Source: the human T2T-CHM13v2.0 reference genome, Homo sapiens. Taken from it: DNA of 64,000 nucleotides. The first letter of the stretch is position 1; every line of letters starts with the position of its first letter. A program made the translations under genes and the position numbers. The stretch lies in the NCBI RefSeq assembly GCF_009914755.1, contig NC_060926.1; one strand, 5' to 3'. Under the pieces are notes generated by a model that ran no database searches, was not told the DNA's origin, and worked only from the letters and a program-made list of their open reading frames with translations. Positions 16,991 through 34,867 of this stretch are shown one piece after another.

Positions 16991-18644
16991 GCACCCCCGA
17001 CTTCATGGGCCTGTGTCACAGTAAGGGCTAGGGTGGAATCCTGAGGCCCACCAAGACTCGAGGGCTGGTGGGGGAGGGGTATCCCTGAGGGCAGCTGAGG
17101 AAGCCAGGAGGGCCCTGGGAAGCCCAGGGAAGGAAGTGCTGGTTGCTCATCAGGAAGAGCCCGAGAGGTCCCTGGTGACGGAGCAGCTTGGCTGGAGTGC
17201 CTGGTGCCCCAAGAGGTGTCTCCTCAGCTCCTGGCCCTTTAGGTCCTTCAGACATCCCACCTGAGAGGGAGCCGCGTCCTCTCCAGCCATGTCCCCCTCC
17301 TGGCGATCATGGCCTGACCGCCGCCCACCTTCACGCTGCTGTCTGCCTCCCAGCTCCAGCCCAGGCTCCGGATGCGACCTTCATCTTGCCTCTTGTTCCT
17401 TCCTCCAGGTTTGGTGCCCTTCTGAAATCTCCAGGTTGACTGGGCCTTGACTGCCTCCTTCCAGACCTTCTGGCCTCACCCGCCCACAGTGAGAGCTCTC
17501 TGTGACACTCTGAGCTCCGAAGAATCCAACCTGCCCGAGGGTGGGCAGGATTCAGCCATGAGTGAAAGAGAACTGGGGGAGGAAGCTTGGAGCTGCGGCA
17601 GGAGCTCGAGGGAGATGTGGGTGGAGACAGAACGGCTGTTTTAAGGTAGGAGACGCAGGAACGCATTTATTTGCTGCAGAGAAAGCTAGTGAACAAAAAG
17701 CAAACGGTACAAGAATAAGGGATGACTGCAGAAGGTTTTGGGAGAGGCAGGACTGCCAGGATCCAGAATTAAGGGTGCAGTGGGCAGCAGGGAGGTGAGA
17801 ACTGAGAGCACTGCGTTTGTCTAGTGGGGGTGGCTGTTCGCTGGGAGTGCAGAGGCTTCAGCAGCAGGAAGCATGGAGTCTGCTAAGGTCCCCAGGAGGC
17901 TGGCCAGGAACTCGCTGTGGCTCCGGGCAGCCTGAAGGGGTCAAGAGCCAAGGTGGGGACAAGGGACATGCATGTGGCATCACTGTTTGGCCGTGCAGTT
18001 TCAAGTCTGAGAACAGGCAGGCAGGGAGTCCACAGTGGAGAAGGGGTCCAGGAGCTGACCCAGGGCCGGGCAGTGGTAAGGGGAGAAGGAAAGGTGGGGC
18101 CCTCTGGCCCCACAGTGAGGAAGTGAACAAAATGGGAGGGAAACGAGGGTTTCGAGGGAAGCCACGGTGCATCTGCGCCTGTCCCAGCTCTTATCCCCAG
18201 TGCGCAAGGACCTGACGAGCGTGAGGCTGCTCTCTCCCTAGCCTGTCTGCACTTCCGCTCCATCAGTCAGTTCCTCCTTGGTGGCCACACAGAACCTGCT
18301 TGGCTGGCTGCTCCAGACATAAGAACACTGAGAGGATCCTGGGGTGCTCCAGAATTCACAGGAAGATGGAGAACCTGGCCAAGGGGTGTGGAGCAGCAGG
18401 GTCCCTGGCCAGAAAAGCCTGTGAGGACTGCCGTCCCTGAGTCCTTTCCTCAGGAGCATCCAAGTGGTTAGGCCTGGGTCTCGCTCCCAGAGGTGGAACA
18501 AAGGAGTGCCTGACTCCCGGCTTCTGTGCAGAGGAGGGTGCGAGGAAGACGCCTCCTCAACACAGGAAGGAAGCCCACACCCCCCGCAAACCTCAATGTA
18601 TTTCCATCACAGGAAGAGATCAGAAGAGAGCCAAACATTGTTGG

Positions 18645-19140
18645 CTTTTACTTATTTGCCAAATATTTACTCAGCACCCGTGATATTCTAGTCCACGCTC
18701 TGTTCTGGGTGCTGAGGATGCAGACATGGGGGAGATGGACGGGGCCCTCCCGCCCAGGGAGCTCATACTCATGGGGAGGGCTGGTCATAGTTCACTTCTG
18801 GTCCTGGTAGTCCGTGGAGAAAAATGAAGGAAAGGGAGGTTGTGCAGAGCCCTGAGGTGGCAGCTCATTTGGAAAAAAGGATCAGGTGAAACCTCTCTGA
18901 GGCAGTGACATGTGAGCAGAGACCACCATGATGAGAAGGGGGGAGTCTCCTACCAACGTGCGGGCATGAGGGAGGGTGGGCATCAAGACACAAGTGCCCA
19001 GTGCACCGCAGGGACAGGGAGAAGAAGAGCAGAGGGCAGGGCCACACCGCAAAGGGGCCTTAGCGGCCACCTTAAAGACTCCAGGCTTCCTTCCAAGATG
19101 ATGCAAAGTCTTGGAAGATTCTGGAGCAGGGAAGTGACTC
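18645..19140 (-). mobile_element. L2 remnant
   Basis: caaatatttactcagcacc and ctctctgaggcagtgacatgtgagcagagacc motifs. Confidence 0.65.
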
Positions 19141-19223
19141 AATTGCTTATGACAGTTCTTTTATGGTTCAGTGTTTTAGGTGTCATCATAATGTTGTAAT
19201 TATGTTTTAAAATACCCACCAAG

Positions 19224-20525
<1,302 letters not shown>

Positions 20526-22059
20526 CTAAACAGAATTGGCATCACACTTTACATATGGCTTCAAAGCCTTTTTTCCACTCAGCGTATTTCATTAACTTTC
20601 CCATTTTCCTGTGACATCATTTTTAGGTACCATATAATACTCCGTAGCACGGGCAGAACTGAATCGATGGTGGGGCACTGAGGCAATTTCCAGTTCTTCA
20701 CTATCATGACATTGCTATGCCAAACATCCTTGTCAATGAATCTTTGCCATCTAGTTCCCCAGAAAACGATCTAGCTTTTTGAAGGGTGTGCACATTTTAA
20801 AGTCATTTGCTTGATTTTGCCAAACTGGCCTCCAGAGGGACTACTGACCGCATCTCATGAGCAGGGAAGCATATGCCTGTTTCCTCACATCCTGCCAACA
20901 CTGGGCAGCACTGTCCTTTCGGATTGATTCTGGTCTGCCAGGCAAGGAACTCTACGTCATTGTCAGGGCTGGTTTCGTGAGCCGTTTTACGCAGGCTTTG
21001 TCCATTCCTCCATCTGACCAGGCAGCCTGCGGGAGCTGGCTTCATCTGACCTTCTGCTTTGAAGCAGCGCACACAGGATGTTTAATGAATAGCCGCAGGC
21101 AGTGAAGGAAGAGGATCCCCAGAGCCTGGGACATCAGCTTTCAGTAGAGTGCAAGCAGTTGCAGGAGCCCTGAACAGAAGTGGGGATGGCATGCTGCTCT
21201 TCCCAAAGCTGCCTGAGCTGCCCCAATGGCGCCACCTCCCAAGGTGGATGTTCCTCCAAGAACCTCCTCTTCCCCTTGGCTCTGTTTCAGGTGGTCTGCC
21301 TTAGTATTCACTTTCATTTTTCATGGTTAGGCCCAGCTCTTCCTTACATTTGCAGTGCATCCCATGAAGTCTTGAACGCTGAGGCAGGGGCTGCGGGTGT
21401 ACTGCATGAGTGTCAGCAGGAGTTCTCGCTTTGTGCTTAACCAGTCAGTCGAGCAGACAAAGAGTGTGACAGCCCTTCGTACACCAATCTGCCCTTCTTC
21501 CTGGGGTCAGTCTGGGCACAGAGCCCAGTGGGGCAGCCACCAGTGAAGGCAGCCAGTAAGCTCTGTGGCCGCCGCGGGAAGCACAGTGGAGCAGCAGCTC
21601 ACTGAAGACCCACAGTGAGTACAACGCGGCAGGAAAAAAGAATTAGGAGCCCTTTACAACCCAATCAGGGATGACGGCCAGAACACACCCTGAAGAGCAA
21701 AGAAGGTGCGGAAACGGCGGGTACGTGCACACGCAGACAGAGGCTGGCGGCCAGCCAGGTGGCTCTGGCTCAGGGGAAGAAGCGCATTTTCAACATCAAA
21801 TTTGAAAGGAGTACTTTCAAAAAGGTACTCCTTGGTACCTTACGAATTTTGTTTTATTTGAATGCTTTTATCTATTTAGAAAAATAAAATCAATAACACT
21901 GATCCCGATAAGGCACCCTCCTTCCTAGTAAAGCTCTTGGCACAAAGCATCACCCTGCTGACGTGGCTGCCTGAAAGGCAGGCGCAAGATGCTCTGTTTC
22001 ATTCATTTCCTGGCATTTAAAGGGCAATTGCCATGGGCCCTGGAGCTACCCACAGATTC

Positions 22060-23290
<1,231 letters not shown>

Positions 23291-23294
23291 TTAG

Positions 23295-23757
23295 TAAGGG
23301 AGGACACCACCCCTCATGTTATCTTATGCCCAATTTCTGCCTCAAAGAAAAAGTAGGAGTTAAAGAAAAGAAAGAAATGAAATCAGTAGTCAGACAGCCC
23401 AGTGCTGCGTTCCAGGCCTGGTAGTTACAGACTGACCCCTGACTTAACCGGTTTATGTTATCTATAGATTCCAGACATTACACGGGACAGCACTGTGAAA
23501 AACCCTGTCCTGTTCTGTTCCATTCTGATTACCAGTGCATGCAGCCCCCAGTCACGTACCCACGGCTTGCTCAATCGATCACGACCCTCTCACGCGGGCT
23601 CTCTTAGAGTTGTAAGCCCTTAAAAGCGACAGGAATTGCTGACTCAAGCAGCTCGGTTTTTGGAGACGTGAGCCCGTCAATGCTCCCAGCTGAATAAAGC
23701 CCTTTCCTTCCACAACTTGGTGTCTGAGGGGTTCTGGACTGTGGTCGCCCTGCTACA
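23295..23757 (+). mobile_element. Solo LTR of the LTR2 family (HERV-E) with 4-bp TSD
   Basis: Begins TAAGGGAGGA..CCACCCCTCAT and ends CTGCTACA; internal AATAAA; flanked by ttag (23291-23294) and ttag (23758-23761). Confidence 0.88.
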
Positions 23758-24935
23758 TTAGGAGACTACAGTGGCACACACACTAGGGAAATACTATGCA
23801 GCTGTGAAAAGAGTGAGGTTTATTGTGTGTATGTGTGAGAAAAACAACCACAAACACCATGCCCTGGATGGAGCAAATGAGAAACTGGCTGGACGAGGTG
23901 GATGAGGGGGCCTAGGGACCAGCCTAAGAATTTGCACCTGGCCCTGCAGGCAATGGGGAGCATGGTAAGGCAGAGACGTGATCATCACAGGAACCCCCAG
24001 GCATCTACAGAGCAGGCAGACTTTGGAGAAGAGGAAGAAATGCCTCTGCCACCCTCCAGGTGAGCCGGTGAGATGAAAGGAGGTGACTGATTTACGTGAG
24101 CCAGACATGGTCCTGGCTGTCACGGAGTTGGATTTAGGATACAGAAGGCAGAAAGGACAGGATTTAGGGACGAAAGGGGTAACAGGTGGGGATGGCAGAA
24201 ACCTCTAGGACTGTAATTTCCAGCTGGCAAAGCAGAGTGGATGGGCGGTCTGGGGAGAACAGGGAATCAGGAGGCAGGGTCGGCCTCTCCATCCCATGAA
24301 GAAATACCAGGCTGCTGGGCTGCAGGCAGCCTCCCTCACTGAGGCCCCTGGAGTCCTCTGACAGAGCTTCCAGAAGTCCCATTCTTTCAGAGAGAGGATG
24401 AAACCTGCCCTCTCCCAACTGTGCACAGGCTGCCTCTCTGCCAGCCAGATTCCCAGGAAAGACAGAAAGAGATGGGACTGCCTGCTCAGCACTGAAGCGG
24501 AGCCCAGGACAACTGAAGGTAACTTAGTCAACAAGCAGAGCCTCTACCAGGCTGGGCCCTGGGGTGTGAGGCGATTCAAACTCCAAGCCGGCTCCCAGAG
24601 ACCACCCTTGGAACAGTGCAGGGGAAGGGAAGGGGTCCCAGTGGAGGGTAACACAGAGGTGTCTGCCAAAGTTGAGGGGTAGGAAAGGAGTCATTCTAGG
24701 CAGGAGGAGCTGCAAAGGGACAGGCCCAGAAAGAGAAGGGAAGAGGGAGAGAGAAGAGCAAGGCGAGTGGATGGGAGTGGTCTGCTCCGGAAAGGGCAGG
24801 CAATCCTGTAAGACCGTAGCCAAAAGTGGGAGAAGGAAAGTGGAGAGAGAAGCCGGGCCAGATTCAGCCAATGGGCCTTATCTCCTCCTGGGCTGAGTTT
24901 GTTTACCCACTTCATTCATTCGAAAAGAATTTACA

Positions 24936-25257
<322 letters not shown>

Positions 25258-25780
25258 CTAGGCACTGTTCTAGATCTGGGACAATATGGCAGTGACCCTG
25301 ACAAGGTAGCTGTTCTGGTAGAGGTAACTTCGAGGAAAGCCACAGCCATAAACAAGGAAACAAAGAGTAACATAATTTCTGGCATGGGTAAATGCTAGGC
25401 AGAAAAGAAAACAGAAGGATGAATCGAGAGTGTGCGAGTGGGAGTCGGGTGATCAGGGGACAGAATTCAGCTGAGGTCTGAATGACGAGGAGGAGCTGAA
25501 GACTGGGGAGGGAGCCCCAAAGAAAGGAGAGTGGGGGCCCTGCAGGCAGGAGCTAATTGCACAAGGCAATTGTTTTGCTAATAAGACCATGTTAAGAAAA
25601 TTAAGCTTTTTTTCATTTGTAAAGAACTCATTAGTGAGTTATATTTTTAGTTCTCCCTCCTGGGGATTAGAAATTGGGCAGGGGAGGTTTGTTGGGGCTG
25701 ATGGGGAGGACTCTGGATCCCTACAAGACCCCGAAGAGATGCGTGTGAGAGGGAGGAGGCAGCGGGGGAGCAGCACGCAC

Positions 25781-25878
25781 CTGCTCCGGGAGGTCATGTC
25801 TGGGAAGAACTGCACGAGGGCCAGCAGGTTGTGGTGGTGGTCAGACACCCAGCTCAGGGTGCAGCACAGTTCCTGGAG
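25781..25878 (-). CDS. FAM178B: FAM178B internal coding exon, 98 nt: [32 protein letters not shown](R)
   Basis: Acceptor ttctcctgcag; donor CAG|gtgcgt. Follows a 215-nt intron; 32 codons + 2 nt. Confidence 0.95.
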
Positions 25879-26093
25879 CTGCAGGAGAACGGCACCCCAT
25901 GGGCTACAGGAGGACACCGCCTTCCCCTTGCTCTCGCCACCCAGCCCGCACAGGGGAGTAAGTGGGCAGTCACGGAGATCAGGGACATTCCGATGACCTC
26001 CAGGCAGTGCCATCCCCACCCAGGGCACTCTAGGGGCCACCTTGGTCCCTAGTGATGAAGCTGTATGAGGACCAGGCTCTGGGCGTCTAGTAC

Positions 26094-26270
26094 CTTCCCT
26101 GGCCACTCCCGGATGTTCTCCAGGAGCAAGAGGAGAAGCTGCTGGAGGTCAACTTTGGGCAGCAGGCGGAGCCCCACGTCCAGGCTGGTGCGGCACAGCA
26201 GCTCAATCAGTCCCATGAGGTTCTCATCAGTGTAGGCCCCCGGCTGGGCCTGGGCACACAGCGCCAGAAA
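26094..26270 (-). CDS. FAM178B: FAM178B internal coding exon, 177 nt: [59 protein letters not shown]
   Basis: Acceptor ctcttttctctctccag; donor AAG|gtacta. 59 codons, phase 0-0, leucine-rich and helical-looking. Confidence 0.95.
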
Positions 26271-26465
26271 CTGGAGAGAGAAAAGAGGGCAGGGGTGGCC
26301 AGGGCATGGGGGAACGGGAGAGTACTTCGAGGACCAGTTCCCTGGGAGACACTTAGGCAGAAGGGATGGTACTGTGAGCCCCGCGGCCATGTTGGGTAGG
26401 AGCTCAGGAAACAGTGAGGCCCCTGCAGGGTCCTGGGTGGCAGGCACAGGTGTGGAGAGTGTGCT

Positions 26466-27960
<1,495 letters not shown>

Positions 27961-28105
27961 TAGCATCCGGCCCACAGCCAGCACAGTGCCTGCCATGGTG
28001 CTGAGCTCGCCGGAGATTCTCCGTGATGCTCCTGGAATTTAGCTGCTGAATGGGTCTGAACTGTAAGCCGAGAGTGCCCTGCATGAGGCAGGCGGCTTGA
28101 CTCAC

Positions 28106-28199
28106 CTTGTAGATGTGGCCCAGGCTGATGTCCAAGGCAATCTCTTGGGGAGCGTCCTGCTCCTCATTCTCATTCAGGCCAGCCTCGCCTGGAAGCACC
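28106..28199 (-). CDS. FAM178B: FAM178B internal coding exon, 94 nt: (R)VLPGEAGLNENEEQDAPQEIALDISLGHIYK
   Basis: Acceptor tgtcttaccacag; donor AAG|gtgagt. 1 nt + 31 codons. Confidence 0.93.
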
Positions 28200-28309
28200 C
28201 TGTGGTAAGACAACAACAGTGACGATGGGAAACCCAGGAGGGGGCACAGGGGCAGGAGTGAGGCGCAAAGTGGGACACTGCTGCCCTGAGGCTGCTCATC
28301 CGCTGGACA

Positions 28310-28757
28310 CAGCAAATTCTTCCACACAGATGATCTCATGAGTTTCTGAGGGCCAAGAATCCAGGGCAGCTCTGTTGGGTGGTCCTGGCTCGGGGGTCTC
28401 TCGGATGTTGCCCTCAAGATGTTGGGTGGGGCTGCGGTCACCTGAGCCTACAGGCTGGAGGGCCTGCCTCCCGGCTCACTCACCTGGTCACTGATCCACA
28501 GGCCCCAGGGCCTCTCCACAGAGTTTCTCCACATGGCCGCTGGTTCTCCAAAGCCAGTGGTGAAAGAGAGAGGGAGAGAGAATATGCCCAAGACAGAGCC
28601 ACAACCTTCCACAACCTAACCTCGAAAGTGACATCCCATCTCTTCTACTGGTCACACAGGGCCGACCTGACTTGGTGTAGGAGGAGGCTACAGAACTATG
28701 TGAACTCTAAGAATGGGGGACACATGGAGGGGGGCTCCTTGGGGACTGGCTCCCACA
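28310..28757 (-). mobile_element. MLT1 (MaLR) LTR remnant
   Basis: ctggctc.gggtctctc..atgttgc..tcaagatgt.gg and acctaacctcgaaagtgacatccca motifs; ends ctggctcccaca. Confidence 0.65.
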
Positions 28758-30582
28758 TGCTACCGTTCAGGTGAGGCCTCGAGCTTTAGTTTTCCAGGAC
28801 TTGGAAACCAGAAAATCACACTTCCAATCCCCCCAAAGTCCGTGAGTTCTCCCTGGGTCCGTTCGACAAGGGTGAGCCTGCATACACTGCAAAGTGCACC
28901 ACGTGGTAGCTGACACGGGCTGGCTCACAAGCCAGCAAGTATGGGGGAAATCAGAACAAAACATCCCTGAAAACCCCCTCCAAAGGTGTCACCCTGAGCT
29001 GATGTGCTGTCTGCTGATAAGACCTGCATGGCCAGTTTCCCCGAGTGACGGACCCAATCTGGCTGAGCACCAGATGATGTTAGAGACCAGGGCTGGGGAA
29101 AGAAAAATCCCCCCCTTTAAAGATCAAGCCACACGCAGGGTGGTGAGATGCTTACGGTGAGGGGGACCTCGGTGGGGCTTTGTGGATGGCAGTCTCATCA
29201 CCCTTTCCACAAGCCTCCCTCCCAGGCACGCGCTCACAGGACGAGAGCCTGGGCGGGATCACCTTCATCGTATGGCCGAATGTACATTGTTGATTTCAAG
29301 TATGTTAAGTGAGCTTATGATGAGGGTCCCCTCTGCTGTCTCACCCACTTCTCCACTCTTAAGAAACGGCTTAAGGTTCCTGCTAACAGTGGTAAGTGAA
29401 GATATTGATGACAACCACACTGCTGATGACAGCAGGCTCCAGGCAGCCCCCTGGCACAGGGGAGGAAGAGCACTGTCCTACAGCTCCTGTGAAGTCTCTG
29501 CTCTTCTCTGCTTGGCACTGGCGCTGGGCTCAGAGGGGAAGGAGGAGAGATCTGTCTCCGAGGTACCAGGAAGTTGGTGCCGACAAACCAAACTTGGTGG
29601 GGGAGTGGAAACTGTGGCTGGGCTCAGTCCTTCTTCCAGATTTCAGCATTTATTAGGGCCCTAACTGAATGGGTAAGGCTGGCATTTGCACATCTGGGCG
29701 CAGGCTGGGCCTGCGCCAGTACGTGAGGGGAAGCTCTGGTTCGTACCAGCCTTGAGCGTGCAACACGCGCAGCCATAGGTGGGTGTGCTTTCAGGTTTCT
29801 CAGCACGGGGCACTCAGAGTCGACTACAAACATCTGCAGAAGAGAGACGCTGCCAAGGGGAGAAGGAACATTGAAGGTGTGAGGTGGTTACATGTGTTTT
29901 TTGAGCTGCAGAGAGGAGTGTGGCTGTGGGGAGAGCCCTGTCCTCCTTGGAAAGAAATGTCAGCCTTCCCAAGTGAATGCCTGGCTGGTCAGAGTTCCAG
30001 AACTTTGTGAGCCCATGGACTAATGGGCAACATAATGGGGGTCCTCTAATCCTCGCTTTTCAGAGGAATCACTTGACTAAACTGCTGGCATCTGTGGCTG
30101 CTGTTCTGAGCTGCAGCATCAGCTGATCCCCGAAACTCCACCACTGCTGCCAGCAAGGGGCCACAGCCCGGGAATTCAACGGCCTATCTATTATCCCTGC
30201 TCCCCTCCTGGGCTTAGCAGGTTAGAGTGAGCTGATGGTCCCACCATTGGACTCTTATGAGCAAAGCAGCTTCACTGGTCCCACGCCTGGCTCCAGGGTC
30301 TGTGGCCAGCACCTAGGAACTGGGTTTCTGTCTCGGAGACACCGTTCAATACTCATTAACCTTACAAGGGGCATGTCACTGGCCTCTACCCAGGTCTCCG
30401 CATCTTCTTCCCCCAAAAGTTGAAAAAATAATAAAGTTACCATCTGCATGGCATTCTGACATTCTCAGAGGGAAGATGGCAGGTACAGTGTATGAGCACC
30501 ACTACCACCTTAACCAAGAGCTGCCTCTTTAATCAATTGCCCCCTCACTTGATAGGACGCCCTGTCAATGTGTTAATTGTCA

Positions 30583-31074
<492 letters not shown>

Positions 31075-33481
31075 CTACCTAAAGACCTCCTTTGTGCTCC
31101 TGGGGGAGATGGGGGCACCTGGCAAGTCCCATTCTGTGTTGCAGCGTGGGCATGAGCCCCTCTGAGGATGCTGATGAGCTCCCCCACCACCCGCTTCCCA
31201 TTCATATCCACGCTCCATCCTTTCCTTGAAATGTCCTCCTGTTTCCCCTCCCCAGTCTCATCATTGAGCAGAGGGCCACTGTTTCCAACAAGTTGGATGC
31301 CAGGAGATCTGCATGGCCCAGCTGCGGAAGGACTGCATCTTTCTGAAAGGAAATCTGGAAGCGCTAGATGGGAGATGGTGATGGCTTTTAAGGAAATCCG
31401 AGATTAGGAAGAAATGTGGGAAGACTTGTCTTTCTCAGAGCAACTAAAGAGACAGCCCAGTTACGGTGGGGACATGCACAGATGTCTGAGGCCCTCATTT
31501 TGAGCCCTGGCCATTGTGAGGCACTGTGGGTAGCCCAGGAGAAGCCCCAGAGGTATCCGTTCCCCTGGATGGAGGCATCCCTGGAAGTCAGCAGAAAAAA
31601 GATGCCTGGGCGGAGCCAGCTCGCACAAGACAGCCTCTGAGTTGGTGAGGAGCCAGGACGAGAAGGAACACAGGGAGAAGATAGCCTGCCGTGGGGTTTC
31701 TCTTGTGGCCCATGCATCCATGAAGGATGCCATACCCTTGGGGAGGAGATGCTGGAACCTCCTTGATGCTTCCCGAATACTCCGGAGGGGTCACCCTCCA
31801 ATCCATGACACAACGCAGCAGCCCAGGAAACCTACCCAGGCATTTTCGCCATCCTCCTACCCCGAGGAAGACATGGGGAGGGGCTCCAGGCAGGAAAGCC
31901 TCCCCAGCCCTGAGGGGCTTGACCGGTGGTCCCCAGCCTGCTCCCAGAGCCAGGAGCAGGGAAATCAGCCCTGCGGCTGTCAGCCAGGTCCTCGAGGGTA
32001 GTTCTGAATCCTCTGATGGGAAATGGTGTCAACGCCAGGCCAAGGTCTGGGGCCCAAAAGAGGTAGATGTTAAAACGGTGTGTCTGGGACACGACATGAG
32101 GCCCTGGCAGCTCCCTGGGCCCGATCTAGGACAACACAGCCCTGCTTTCCTCCCACACAAGGCTTAACTGCGCCTGGGAAAGCTGAAGTCTGCGTGCCGG
32201 GGTTTGTGTCCCAAAGTACTTGAGATGATGTGTTTAAAGGGCCACAGTTCTCATCTCTCCTGCCCACTCTGCCTCTGGAGACAACGGATTTGTCACGCAG
32301 CATGAAGGGCAAGCCGCAGTCAAATCCTGGGAGAACCGGGAGGCAGTGGGGGAAGCAGCTCTTTGCAGAGCAGAGCGAGACCCAGTGGCTATGTCTCCAG
32401 TGCCGCCTCCCACTCCCAGGAGGACACAGGGACACTCATCACAGCAGTCACAAGTGGCTCTTCTGGACTCCACGGCCCCTGCCTGCCTCAGACGTTCATT
32501 TGTCTTTCTGAGTGTAATTCTCTCCCCCGCTCATCCAAGACGGTGTGCGATTGCAGCTCTGTGCCAGGAGGAGGCAAGTGGCTCATTACACCAGACATGG
32601 AGCTGCGAGCTCCGGGAGGGAAAGGGGCAGGAGCACGGCAGGCTGGCACATGTGTGGGGTATTTATAGCAGAGCTGAGTGTGGTTTGGCTTGGCAGACAA
32701 TTGCTAAACACAGTCGTGGAACAGGTTCTTAGGAGAGCTCCCACTTTCCATGCAGAGGAACATCTGCCCGCCGAGGCGAGGGAAGGGGGGCCTGGCACCT
32801 CCTGGCGCTGACGGATTGTCAGCGGGAAGCATGGGGGGAAGTCCTATACAACAGCCCCTCCAGGCTTCAAAACACTCTGTTCCATCTCAAATCACCTTCT
32901 TCAAGGGTTCTCAAGAGAGTTTGGATGTGCTAAAATTTGTAGAACAAGATGACGATATATAACACTTTTACGACCTTAAGCTAAGTCGCCATCCGCCCAC
33001 CAGAGCTATTTATGCATCACGTGGCACTCCTCCCCACAGGCAGGGACCAGGCATAGGCAAATGATCATGACTGTCCACGAGCAAGTCAGCCCGGGGCTCA
33101 ACGGGGGCACTCATGACACAAAACTGAGGGTTGTGGGAACATAAAAGCATGCCCTGCTGTTCCTGAGTGGATATTAGGTAACGGGCCAAACAAGCGGCTT
33201 GAAGAGACTCAAGGGACTGGGACGTGTCTGCAAGGATACTAACCAGGCTGTGAAGTCTGGGTTTCACCAGAGAGTGGGGGCAGCGGGGGCTGAGTCAGGA
33301 AGTGCCAAAAACAGGCTCATCCATCCTGGGGGCTTCCCATCTCCCTGAGGCTGGGAGCAAGGAAATTCCTTCCTGGTGTGATACTCAGATCCTCAGGCGG
33401 GGGTGTGTGGTTGTTCTGTAATTCCCTACACATGGGATACAGCCTGAGTCCAGCAACTTCCAAACAAACAAGAGAACAGGT

Positions 33482-33790
33482 GGCTGGGCATGGGGTGGCT
33501 CATACCTGTAATCTCAGCACTTTGGGAGGCCAAAGCAGAAGGATCGCTTGAGCCTAAGAGTTCAAGACTAGCCTGGACAACGTAGGGAGACCCCCCCCCG
33601 CCACCTCTACAAAAAATTAAAAAATTCGCCAGGCGTGGTGGTGCGTACCTGTAGTCCCAGCTACTCAGGAGGCTGAGGTGGGAGGATCACTTGAGCCTGG
33701 GAGGTGGAGGCCGCAGTGAGCTATGATTATACCCCTGTATTCCAGTTCTGAGTGACAGAGAGAGACCCTGTCTCTTAAAAAATATGAAAG
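33482..33790 (+). mobile_element. AluJ-type ending about 30 nt from the 115-nt exon donor
   Basis: ggatcgcttgagcc and gggaggatcacttgagcc diagnostics. Confidence 0.9.
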
Positions 33791-33821
33791 AAAAAGGCAG
33801 TGAGGAAGCAGAAGTACTCAC

Positions 33822-33936
33822 CTGCCACCGTGCCAAAAGGGCCCCAGAGGGTACAGGGCAGGACTGTGGGCACCCAGGCTGTGGAATGCCTCCCTGACTT
33901 CTTGCAGTGAGGGGCACCACAGGTGCTTGTCTTCAT
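33822..33936 (-). CDS. FAM178B: FAM178B internal coding exon, 115 nt: (D)[37 protein letters not shown](R)
   Basis: Acceptor ...ggcctgacag; donor CAG|gtgagt. 2 nt + 37 codons + 2 nt, phases compatible with both neighbours. Confidence 0.93.
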
Positions 33937-34547
33937 CTGTCAGGCCAAAAGGGAGCAGAGAGTTAGAATGGGGAACGGAGGGCAGGGTGCACCACTCCCA
34001 CTGAAGGGGCTGGCCGTGACCCCTGGCCCAAGATAACCAGTTTTTGCCTTCTCTGACACCACAGGTGTTATCTGGGGAAATGAAGCAACTGGTGGTTTCC
34101 AAGTACTTCTGGGGCTTTGTGAATTTCAATGTTTTCTTGAATATTCTCTTACCTGGTCTTCAAGGTATGGCTGCACTTGGGTCAACCACTCCCTGACCAT
34201 CTGGCCATCCACATCAGGCAGTAGTCAGGGTGCTCGGCTGCCCACAGCCAAGTGACACGAAGAGTCCTGTGCCAGAGGCCCCGAGCTACAAGGCTCACTG
34301 GACACCAGGCTCACGTCCTTAGACTCTCTTGCTGCAAAGCACCGAGGCTGACACTCAGCCCACTGCAGCCTCTGCAGCACTCTTGCTGCTGCAACATTTG
34401 GGCATCCCTAGTCCACCATCCCTGCTGGGAGCACACCTCGCCTGCCTCCCACAGCCTGGGGCGTGTCTCCTAAGCAAGTGTGCGCTATGGGGACCAGTTT
34501 CCCTTGCCCAATTTAACCAAACATTCATGATAAAGTCTGACCACATC

Positions 34548-34825
34548 GGCCGGGCACAGTGGCCCACACCTGTAATCCTAGCACTTTTCAGAGACTGAGG
34601 CAGGCAGATTGCCTGAGCTCAAGAAGTTCGAGACTAGCCTGGGCAACACGGTGAAACCTCATCTCTACTAAAATACAAAAGAAAGTAGCCGAGCATGGCG
34701 GCATGAGCCTGTAGTCCCAGGATAATTGCTTGAACTTGGGAGGTGGAGGTTGTAATGAGCTGACATAGAGCCACTGCACTCCAGCACTCCAGCAGCCTGG
34801 GTGACAGAGCGAGACTCCGTCTCTC

Positions 34826-34863
<38 letters not shown>
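34548..34863 (+). mobile_element. Alu with right-arm deletion, small duplication and 37-nt pure poly(A)
   Basis: gtagtcccag|gataattgc deletion; cactccagcactccagcagcc; TSD tctgaccacatc/tctgaccacgtc. Confidence 0.9.
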
Positions 34864-34867
<4 letters not shown>

